Source: Octopus vulgaris
Lineage: Eukaryota
Assembly: GCA_951406725.2 (NCBI GenBank)
Contig: OX597832.1
Span: 6,944,001-7,008,000, forward strand
Reading direction: 5' to 3'
DNA: 64,000 nt
Part shown: positions 9,910 through 22,000 of the stretch, in pieces
How the letters are laid out: every line of letters starts with the position of its first letter
Position numbering within the stretch: position 1 is the stretch's first letter
Translations under genes and position numbers: made by a program
The notes under the pieces: model-generated
Database searches by the model: none
The model's input: the letters and a program-made list of their open reading frames with translations, nothing else
Told to the model about the DNA's origin: nothing

Positions 9910-12900
9910 ACACACATATATATATATAAATATATCTCAGAGAATACAAACATTCTCAGTAGTATGATGAAGCATTTTATGCATTAAAAGTAATGAACAC
10001 AACAATACCTTTGTAACTCCTAGTTCATTTGTAACGACAGTGAAATCCAAACCCAGATCAACTACATCTTCCTTGTAAGTCTTCAAAAAGAGTAGATTCC
10101 TGTGAGAGAAAATTGAAAATATAGACTTCATTATAGCTGGTTATATTTATTTGAAATTTTATGTATGAAAGAAAGTATGTGTGTGTGTGTATATATATAT
10201 ATATATTACGGAGATGTACTCGCATAGCAAGTAATTTGATCTGAGATCGTGTGCTGAAACGAAAACAATTGAGCGTGGAAGGTGTTTATAAGCCATTTAA
10301 GAAACACACAAACGTTCGATTGATTCACTCCAACATTTAAGTTTAATTTGTCAAAATATTTTCGTCGCTAAAATCCGCGACCTGTTCACTGACAAAAATC
10401 CGTGCTGCATCACGTGCTGAGATGCAGCACGGATTTTTGTCAGTGAACAGGTTGTGGATTTTAGCGACGAAAATATTTTGACAAATTAAACTTAAATGTT
10501 GAAGTGAATCGAACGGTTTTTGTGTGTTTCTTAAATGGCTTATAAACACCTTCCACGCTGCAATTATATATATATATATATCATCATCATCATCGTTTAA
10601 CGTCCGCTTTCCATGCTAGCATGGGTTGGACGGTTCAACTGGGGTCTGGGAAGCCCGAAGGCTGCACCAGGCCAGTCAGATGTGGCAGTGTTTCTACAGC
10701 TGGATGCCCTTCCTAACGCCAACCACTCCGAGAGTGTAGTGGGTGATTTTATGTGCCACCGACACAGGTGCCAGACGAGGCTGGCAGACGGCCACACTCG
10801 GATGGTGTTTTTTATGTGCCACCGACACAGGTGCCAGACGAGGCTGGCAGACGGCCACGCTCGGATGGTGTTTTCTTATGTGTCACCGACACAGGTGCCA
10901 GACGAGGCTGGCGGACGGCCACGCTCGGATGGTGTTTGTTACGTGCCCTCAGCACGGAGGCCAGTCATTGCGGTACTGGCTACGGTCACGTTCGGATGGT
11001 TTTCTTATGTGCCACCGGCACTGGTACCACAAGGATACAAATTCCATTGATGTTCATCTATTTTGATTTGGTTCGATTTGATTCGATTCTCACTTGCCTC
11101 AACAGGTCTTCACAAGTGTCACAAGAAGGAAGGTATGCACAGGTGGACTGACTACGTCCCAGGTACGGGCCACGGATTATGGCTTCACTAGTCTTGCCGG
11201 GTCTTCTCACGCACAGCATACTTCCATAGGTCTCGGTCTCTAGTCATTTCCATGGTGAGACCTAACGTCCGAAGGTCGTGCTTCACCACCTCGTCCCAGG
11301 TTTTCCTGGGTCTACCTCTTCCACGGGTTCCCTCAACTGCTAGGGATTGGCACTTTCTCACACACCTATCTTCATCCATTCTCGCCACATGACCATACCA
11401 GCGCAATCGTCTCTCTTGCACACAACAACTGATGCTTCTTAGGTACAACATTTCTCTCAAGGTACTAACGCTCTGTCGAGTAAGTACACTGACATTACAC
11501 ATCCATCGGAGCATACTGGCTTCGTTCCTCACGAGCTTACGCATGTCCTCAGCAGTCACGGCCCATGTTTCACTGCCATGTAGCATAGCTGTTCGTACAC
11601 ATGCATCATACAGTCTGCCTTTTACTCTGAGCGAGAGGCCTTTAGTCACCAGCAGAGGTAAGAGCTCCCTAAACTTTGCCCAGGCTATTCTTATTCTAGC
11701 AGTTACACTTTCAGCGCACCCACCCCCACTACTGACTTGGTCACCTAGATAGCGGAAGCTATCAACTACTTCTAGTTTTTCCCCCCGGAAAGTGACAGAA
11801 GTTGTTTTCTGCAGATTTTCGGAGGTCAATGCTCCAGAGCACCTGCCACATACAAAAACTATCTTCCCAGTTAGCCTACCTTTGACATTGCTGCACCTCT
11901 TATGTGTCCATAGCTTACACTGGGTACATCTTATAGAGTTTCTACCTACACCTTTTCTACAGATCGAGCAGGGCCATCTTCCTGAGGATATTTGTGGGTT
12001 TTCTACCTTTCTACTTATTAGTATTTTGGTTTTAGCTAGGTTGACTCTAAGGCCCCTCGATTCTAAACCCTCCTTCCACACCTGGAACTTCTCCTCCAGT
12101 TCTGATAGTGACTCAGCGATTAGAGCGAGGTCGTCAGCATAGAGGAGCTCCCAGGGGCAACCTGTCTTGAATTCCTCCGTTATTGCCTGGAGGACTATGA
12201 TAGGAGGGGGCTGAGTACTGAACCCTGGTGGACCCCAACCTCTACTTTGAATTCTTCTGTGTACATGTTGCCAACTCTAACCTTACTTACGGCATCTCTG
12301 TACATGGCTTGCACAGCCCTCACCAGCCATTCATCTATCCCTAGTTTCCTCATTGACCACCAGATGAGGGATCGGGGGACCCTATCAAAGGCTTTCTCCA
12401 TGTCAACGAAAGCCAGGTACAGGGGCTTATCCTTGGCTAGGTATTTCTCCTGCAGCTGCCTTACCAGGAATATAGCATCAGTGGTGCTTTTCCCTGGGAC
12501 AAACCCAAACTGCATCTCATCTAAACTAACTCTCTCTCTAATTAGTTGGGCTATGACCCTCTCCGTAACCTTCATTACCTGATCCAACAGCTTGATACCT
12601 CTGTAATTATTTGTATCCAGGGCATCACCTTTACCTTTGTAGCAGTTGACTAGTATGCTGCTACACCAGTCATTGGGTATGACTCCTTCGTGTATCACCT
12701 GGTTGACTATACGGGTGACTAGGTTATAGCCGACACTGCCAGATATTTTGAGCATCTCTGCAGTAATTCCTGATGGGCCTGGGGCTTTCCCTGTCTTCAT
12801 GCTTCTAATTGCCTTAGCTACCACGGAACTATCAACTCGGATAGCTGGTCCCTCTGTTGGGTCAACATTTGGCAGACTCTCTTTATCCCATTCATTTTCT

Positions 12901-13958
12901 TTATTTAGCAAACTTTCATAGTGGCATCTCCAAACCTCTCTCTTTGCATCCTCATTTAGCGCAAGTGAACCATCATCCATGCGAACACACTTCTCTCCTA
13001 CCACATCACGATTCTCTCTCACACACTGTCTTGCAACACGAAATACCTCAAGTCTTTCATCCTCACGGCTCAGAACATTGGCAAATTTTTTCTTATCCGC
13101 TTCCCCTCTGGCTAAATAAACCTGTCTCCTAGCTTCCCTTTTGGCTGTCTGATACAATTCCCTGCTACCACCGTTCTTCCAGTCCTTCCAAGCCTGTCTC
13201 TTTTGTCTAATAGCCCCGTCAACCACCGTGTTCCACCACCATGTAACTCTGGGTCGAGATGGTACTTTGCTCCATCCACAGATCTGGTCAGTGGCTGTCA
13301 GCAGATTGTCCCGTAGGAATCTCCAGTTGTCTTCCACATTAAGTGGAGCTATATCCCCTTCTATTTCGTCAGAGGCTTCGAGTAGTATGTCTCTAAATCT
13401 CTGTCCATTTGCAGGATCTTTAAGCTTCCAGACCCTTCTCCTCCAAGCTGGTCTTCTTCTGGGCAACCATTTAGCTCTGATCCTGAAGTCGCTAACTACT
13501 AATCTATGTTGGGGAGTACATTCTTCGCCTGGGAAGGTTTTGGCATTTATAATCAGCCCTCTTATATATATATATATATATATATCATCAACATCATCGT
13601 TTAAAGTCTGCTTTCCATGCTGGCATGGGTTGGACAGTTTGACTGAGGACTGGTGAGTCAGAAGGCTGCACCAGGCTCAATCTGATCTGGCAAAGTTTCT
13701 GCAGCTGGATGCCCTTCCTAACGCCAATCACTCCAAGAGGGCCAGTCAGGTGGTTCTGGCATTGGCCACACTCAAAAGGTGTTTTTTACATGCTACCTGC
13801 AGGGGAGCCAGTCCGGCAGCACTGACAATGACCACGCTCGAATGTTGATTTTCACATGCCACTGACACATGTGCTGGTAAGGCAATGTTGGCACGATCAC
13901 TTTCAAATGGTGCTTTTTATGTGCCACCGACACGGGAGCCAATATGTGTGTGCGTATA

Positions 13959-13990
<32 letters not shown>

Positions 13991-14202
13991 ACTATAAATA
14001 AGGGTATCTGAGAGACACCACTATGCCGAAATAGCAGTCAGGGATTGCTATTTCGGCATGGTGGTGTCTCTCAGATACCCTTATTTATAGTTGTAAAAAA
14101 ATTATTACCTTTGTATGGTATTTATTCCCATGTTGGTCACTTGATAATACCAATATTTAAATATCGATATTATCCTTATTTATAAATTTATATATATATT
14201 CA

Positions 14203-14290
<88 letters not shown>

Positions 14291-15928
14291 AAAGGAAAGG
14301 AGAAGAAATATAGTGGATACTTGGCTAATTTTATTTGTATCATGAAGATTTAGGATGAAAAGGAAGCAAATCAACAAAAGGAATAAACATAAAAGAATCC
14401 TACATGTGTTTCAATCCGGCCATTAGGTTTCAATCATCAGTATTTAAGTGATGTTAGATGTAAAATAACCCCACATTATGTCCAGATAATATCATAGAGT
14501 GATGTTTACTTTCTGGTGGTGAAAAACGAAATAACTAGGATGAGGACTGTGTTTTCAAATATTCAAACATAAACAATAATTTATTAGGATGCCGAGTTCA
14601 TGTGGGGAGGTATTTATTTCCTAATGAAATTATGCTAAAATACTATAATCTATTTGAAAAATAGGCATATAAGTGTTAAGGGACATAAAGTAGTCATTTA
14701 ATTATAATACGGGCATTCCATTGTTCAGAGAAATGTTATTGTTTACATACTTCAGGGATGAATTTAAATATTCATGCGGAAAAAAAAAGGGTATAGAGAG
14801 AAAAATAGATTTTTTTGAGGGGGAAAAAAATATGAAAAGTGACAAAATGGGAGAAAAGTGGGAGAAGAAACACAGACTTTTTATATGGGGTATAAGATAC
14901 AAAAAAGATTAAGAAATAAAAGAGAAAAAGGGAAAAGTTATTTTATATTTTATACCCTGATATTATTTTAGAACGTAATTTGGAGAAAAGTTATAACTGT
15001 TATTATTTAGCATTTCAATGGACTAAGATATGCTTTCCATTGTTCAAAGAAAAAGTATTAGGTATATAAAAGATTATAGTGCACTTACTTGTGACAGGAA
15101 TTTATATTTTTATGTGAAAAAAAAAATTTTTTTTTAATGTGATGTAGTTCATAATTCGTTAGATTTTTTCTGAAGTATAATTGTAAGAACTAGTAATCTC
15201 CCTTTGTTCGTGTGGTTAAATTTTTTTTTTTCCTAGGGTTTTACTATAATTCTGCTTGGTCATTTGTTACTTCACACTTTATGCTTTAGTTTGTTAAAGA
15301 GAGGAAGAGGTGGAGTGAGTGACAGAATAAGAGAGAGAGAGAGAGGGGGGGAGAGAGATAACAGCCGGTCACTTCCACTAACCACATTCTCATGCTGTTA
15401 GTGGAAGTGAGAGGTGAAGAGAAGGAGAAAGAGAAAAATGTTAACAATGTGAAGAGGGGAATGGCATGGTTGAAAAGTCTGTTGAAGTAAGAGGTAGAGA
15501 GAAAGAAATATAAAGTGTGTAACAAGGAAGTTTTAAACATAATATATTATTGTAACTACAGTTTGGATGTTACTTTTTTTAATTTGCAATGGAATTAAAA
15601 CTAATGATATGAAAAAACATTGCATGCATTCTCTGTATTGTTTTGTGTACATTAATTGTGTATAATGTAAAGTAATTAGGATAAAATATTGCATAATAAG
15701 GAATATGCAATTACATACTGATCTTGCAGTTTCAACAGAATTCAATACTAATGAATTAATGTATTAAGCATTTTATTCCTTTATTTGTTTCAGTCATTTG
15801 ACTGCAGCCATGCTGGAGCACCACCTTCAGTTGAACAAATCAATCCCAGGACTTATTCTTTGTAAGCCTAGTACTTATTCTATCGGTCTCTTTTGCTGAA
15901 TCGCTAAGTTACAGAGATGTAAACACAA

Positions 15929-16009
<81 letters not shown>

Positions 16010-19000
16010 TATACATATACGACAGGCTTTTTTTCAGTTTCCATCTACCAAATCCACTCATAAGGCTTTGGTCAGCCCAAGGTTATAGTAGAAGACAGCT
16101 GCCCAAGGTGCCATGCAGTGGGACTGAACCTAGAACCATGTGGTTGGGATGTAAATTTCTTACCGCACAGCCACTCCTGCACCTATAGTTAAGAGGCAGC
16201 ACATATGCTAGAACACAATAACCTCCTAAGCAGATCTGGTGCAGATATGAGTAGAATATGGGAACCGGTATTAAGAAAAGATACAATAACCACACATTGT
16301 AAATACATGGAGACAAATAAACACATATACATACACATATGATGGGCTTCTCTCAGTTTCCATCTATCACATTCACTCACAAGGCTTTGGTTGGCCTAGG
16401 GCTATAGGGAGAAGACACTAAGCCAAGATGCTACACAATGGTACTGAACCTGAAGCTATGTGGTTGGGAAGCAACCTTCTTAAACACACAGCCATAGATG
16501 TGCCTTGCTAACATGACAACAGACTTACCTGTACATTTCTGGGTCAAGTGAAGCCAAGTGATGAATATCAAGATCAATTCCATGGCGATTCAGAATTTTC
16601 GAGAGAAAAAACTGAGCAAAAGGTAACTCCACCAAGAGGTTTTCATAGAGAGCCTAGAAGAGTGAACAAAATGTGTCAATGCCATTAATAATGAAAAGAG
16701 ATTTGATTTTTGTGAGAGATTGATGAAACATTATCATTTACAATAAAGACACTAACTTTTGTTTGGTCTGTAGACCAAATACAACTCCTTCAACTCCAGG
16801 TTATTTCATTAAACACTGTAGACAGCTATGTATCTTGACTCTGAAATTGTTCTTTCCGACAAAACCTAGTTCATTTCACATCATTTTAAAATTTAAGTTT
16901 TACTTTCACAACAATATTATCCAAGCATTTTGTTTGCTTTTAGTTTACATTTCTTTCATAAAAAAAGAAATTATTATACAACTACATCACTGAAGGCAGA
17001 AACTTTGGATTCCCTCATGCCTTATTCATGGTAATAATGCTCTTTAAATTCACTTCAAAAATTTCTCTTAAATCAGGATTTCTTTTAGCCAAAATATGAA
17101 AAGTGCCAAGAATTACATAATGATTATCTCAACAGGCACCAATTTATCTGTAATTGTTAAACATTGTTTCGCATTGAATCAAAAAGCTTTTACTGTCATT
17201 ATGTACTTGGTTTAATATCTTTACATTAATGTGATTTTGAATGAAAAAAAAAGAAAAAAAAAACCGTTATGTTCACAATTCCCCTTTAAGCCAATGCTTT
17301 AGTCTGATTTTTGATAGATAAAATAAACAAAAACTATACTTATTTCCCATAACATTCCTGCAAGGAAATAATAAAGGTCTGAATAATTTTTAAAAGAGCA
17401 GGTAATTTAGGTAGAGAAGTCTGTCATGTTGATGACTATCAATTTGATCTCTTGAGTCAAGAGAGATTTTATGCTAGAATATGTGCTGGATATAATTTGA
17501 GTGGATAAGAACATTACTTTTAGTTTGGAAATAAAAACTCTTAGCTCAAATTTGGCCTAGTACTATATACACTCAGGAGGAATAAGATACTTGATAATGA
17601 TTAGAGGGGGAACTAACTGAAACAATGGAAATAAAAAAAAAAGCAATTATATATAGGTTTTAATAGTCTTAAAAATTACATTATTTTAACAACAAAATAC
17701 ATCTCAGACACTAAATTACTATTTGATAAACCAGTGAAACATGAAAAGTACCTTACCTTTCCTAACATTCTCCCGAGGAAATAATAATGGTCTGTATAAT
17801 TTTCAAAAAGGGCCGGCGCTTGTGGATTTGGGTAGAGTAGTTTGTCATTGGTGTATTTGAAGAATCCACGATTAGGATCAAAGCCTGTTTTCAGTAATTC
17901 TGACAAAAACTCCCGGGACAAACCTCCACCATCAATTCCTGCTTCATCAATTCCAGCAGAGTTCACCAATCTTACTCGTAACCGCAGTTTCAAGTTTGGT
18001 TCTGATTTATTAAGAAATTCCAGTATACAGCAATTATATTACATAAGTTGTAAAAATATGAAAAACTTTCATCAAAGATATTCAATGAAGAAATCAATAC
18101 AACCTTGAGGTTAATGGCTATTATACAATACTTTACAACACAAAGTCTGTTATAAAACTTCTCTTTTTTTTTTAATCTACATTCATAACATTCAAAGCTG
18201 ACCAGAAGAGAATTAATGCATTCGAGCTTTGGTGTTGGAGAAGACTTTTACGGATTCCATGGACAGCGAGGCTCACCAATGGAGAAATTCTTAAGCAGAT
18301 AAAGCTGAAAATGTTGCTAGAAGCTAGGATCACCAAGCATAGATTGGCATATTTTGGTCATATTATGCGGAGAAAATCCCTGGAGAAGGACATCATGCTC
18401 GGAATGGTCAGTGGCAAGAGAGGAAAAAGTCGACCAAGAACCCGCTGGCTTGACACCATCAAGAGTGATACAGGAATGGACATAGCCAATCTGAAAGAAG
18501 CGGCCCAGGATAGAACTGACTGGAGGACACTGATCCAACGAGTGACCGCGAGTCGACTTCAACTGAGCGGTTAAGAAGAAGAAAGACATTCATAACACTA
18601 AAATGTTCTTTGTGCATTAGTTTATTCCATATTTTGAGGTGCTTTCTTATTGAAACAAATTTGAGGAAGCCTGTCCGTCAATTAACAAGAGGACTGAAAT
18701 GTCAACAACAAACCACCAACAATTCATTTTTGCTTTACAGTGATCTTGCTATGTACATCAGTGAGCTGTGGCCTTCCAAAAGTACCTACTTTATAGCTAG
18801 GTCTACCAAGTCAACAAGAGTTACTGCTTTTATGAGGAACACAATGCAGTGTTAATGACAAAATACAAACTGTTGGCCTTTTGACCGGTTAGTCTGAACT
18901 CTACTGACTCTTAAAACACAGAACAAGTAATATATATGTATATATATATATAAAGAATCAATAACTACCATTCTCTTCGGATAATTTTTCAAAAGCATCT

Positions 19001-22000
19001 TCATAAATATAGTTTCTTCTAATCTTGATATTAATTGATAATCCTAATTGAAAGTTGGTCATTTCAGACTGATGTTCTTCTCGATCTTGATTAACATGTT
19101 GATGGAGGATCTAATAAAAGATAATGGTACACAAAATGTAGCTTTTAACTTCTAGGAAAGAATTCTTCAAAAGTTCAGTATCAAATTGGATGAGGAGAAT
19201 GAGTGAACAGGTGTTCTTTTTTTGTTTGGCTTAATTAATTGACAAAGACGAGAGTTGATTGAAAATTACCAAAAGCTGAAAAGGAATCAAGAGTTGAATG
19301 AAAACAAAATGGAAAGGAAACATTAATGTTTGTTAAAAAGGAAGGAAAGAGTAAGGATTTAAACATTAGGGTAAGAAATTTTGTCAGCGATTGTGCACCC
19401 TCAAAACACATTTCCCACTTATATCACATCCACTGAATGCAGCTGTTTCTTCTACTCTTCCCATCCCTTCTCTGTCATACACAACACACTCTGCATAAAG
19501 CATTTCTCAAGCAATCCTCCTAGCCAGAAGATTTTTGAAATATTTTCCTTGTCCATGTTTTCTCTACATCTGTCAACCCACAGAAAATCAATCTGAACAT
19601 TTACCACATTGATCTCACCAGCTTGGGAGGGACAACAAAGGTCATGGATATTTCTTTTTCTCAAAGCAAAAAAAAAATAAAATAAATAAATAAATAAAGA
19701 AAGAAAGAAACCATGGTCATACAAGATTATACAAGCATCTTTTCTTTTTAAATATCCCCTGTGATAATGAAGGAATCACTACACACTTAATGATATAAAA
19801 ATCCTATGTGCCATGTATAACATGGCATGCAGTGAAGAATTAAAGGATTTTAGTTAGGCCAAATAGTAGTGATTGTGGATTCAGAGTAAATGTAGTACCT
19901 GCTCATTTTCTTGCTTTACTCAATGGACAATTAAACATTTTCTCAGACTCAATGTCTCATATAAACTATATTGCAACAATTCACATGAGATGCTATTAGC
20001 TCCGTTCATTAAAGTAGGTGAAAACATTTATAGCTTAAAATATCACTATCGATAAATACTTACATTTTTTTTTCTCCTTTTCTCTATTTCTATAAAATGT
20101 TGATTCATTTGAAGTCATTACAAAAATGAAACATTTGATATATTTTCCAATACTCAATTTTATTGTTCACTAACCAAAGATAGATAAGGAAAATATAGAA
20201 TTTCTGTATGCAATATCACATATTCAATAAAGTCAATGGGCCAGATGAAATGAAGTTATGGGCTGTAGTTTACCAACTGCTTGGCTTAAAGTCTAACAAA
20301 GCATGTGTAATTGTAACACATGTACCACTAGCAAAATATCTTTGTGTATGAATCAACATCAGTTCGCTCTCAAATCACAAACATTCTAAATCTGAGCAAC
20401 TTAATCCCAAACTAATTAATTAATTTAAGTAACAGAGCTTATCTACTGATCTTAGCAAATCATGAAAGAACTTTGGGATTCAGGCTCTTTTCGTTTCCCA
20501 TTAATCTTTCATAACCATAACTTCACCAAGCATATCAAAAGTTTTGCCAGAATAATGGGAGATGCTACAGTATCATTTAATCATATGTGTATTCCTAGTA
20601 AAATTATTCTTTGCCATTGTATCTTTAGCTTTTATCTTTTGACTTGCTTCAGGCATTAGACTGTGGCCATGCTGGGGTACCACCTTGAAGAATTTCTAGT
20701 CAAATGAATCGATTCCAATACTTAATTTTTAAAGCCTGGTACTTATTCTATTGGTTCTCTTTTGCCAAACTGCTAAGTCATAGGGATGTAACATACCTAC
20801 ACTGGTTGTCACGTGGTGGTGGTGGTGGTGGCGAGGAGACAAAAACAGATACAAAGACACACACACACATACATAAGACAGGCTTCTGTCAGTTTCCAGT
20901 TATCAAATTCACTCACAAGACTTTGGTCAGCCTGAGGCTATAGTAGAAGACACTTGACCAAGGTCCCACACAGTGAGACTGAGCCCAGAACCATGTGGTT
21001 GGGAAGCAAGCTTCTTAATACACAGCTGTGCATTAAGAATAAATTTTAAAATTTAAATAAGATATTAAACTTGTAAATTAACATACCTTAATTCTTTCTG
21101 TAAAACGCACTACAAATGGCAGTTCAGTAAGGATGATAAGGTTCCAGATGTCCCTTCCTGATAGTGGTGGTCCTGAATCTGGACCTGCACAAAAACAAAT
21201 AATTGATAGTAATAATAATCCTTTCTATTATAGGCACAAAGCCTGAAATTTTGCAGGGAAGGGATTAGTTGATTACATTGACCCCCAACTCAACTGGAAC
21301 TTAATTCATCAACTCTGAAAGGATGAAAGGTAGATCTTGACAAAATCTGAACCCAGAATGTAAAGATTGACAAAATGCCACTAAGTATTTTGCCCATTCT
21401 AGCAGGAGGAGAAGAAGAAGAAGAAGAAGAAGAAGAAGAAGAAGAAGAAGAAGAAGAAAAAGAAAAAGAAAAGAAAAAGAAGAAAAAGAAGAAGAAAAAG
21501 AAAAAGAAGAAGAAAAAGAAGAAAAAGAAGAAAAAGAAAAAGAAGAAAAGAAGAAAAAGAAAAAAAAGAAAAAAAAGAAAAAGAAGAAAAAGAAGAAAAA
21601 GAAAAAGAAGAAAAAGAAGAAGAAGAAGAAGAAGAAGAAGAAGAAGGATTATTACTATAATTAGGAAACTATTAACTGTACAATAGCTAGTTAATATAGA
21701 TAGTTCTTTCTACTATTGACACAAGACCCAAAATTTGGGGGTGAGGGGGCTAGTTGATTACATCAACCAATACTTATTTTATCAACCTTGTAAGGATGAA
21801 ACACAAAACCAACCTCAATGGTATGTGAACTCAGAACATAAAGAGACAGAAAAAATGTTGCTTAACATTATGTTCTGGTGTGATAATGATTCTGTCATCT
21901 TTCAGCCTTAATAAAGATAGGTAACAATAATATTTATTACAAGTGAACACATAACTGTACATAGAGTATGTGGAAGCACTCCGTCGGTTACGACGATGAG

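Noticed and set aside
9465-9967. Repetitive ORFs (LFMLLYIYI repeats) and other YIYI/HTHT ORFs across the window
   Set aside because: These are translations of (TA)n/(CA)n and minisatellite tracts with no coding signal.
10613-11151. Three overlapping ORFs with repeated units; superficially CRISPR-like
   Set aside because: They are tandem units of the RTE 3' UTR with no unique spacers, in a eukaryotic context.
11432-13656. Plus-strand ORFs of 90-140 aa
   Set aside because: They are antisense shadows of the RTE LINE ORF.
21375-21686. 103-aa poly-E/K/R ORF
   Set aside because: It is the translation of the GAA/GAAAAA microsatellite, antisense within an intron.
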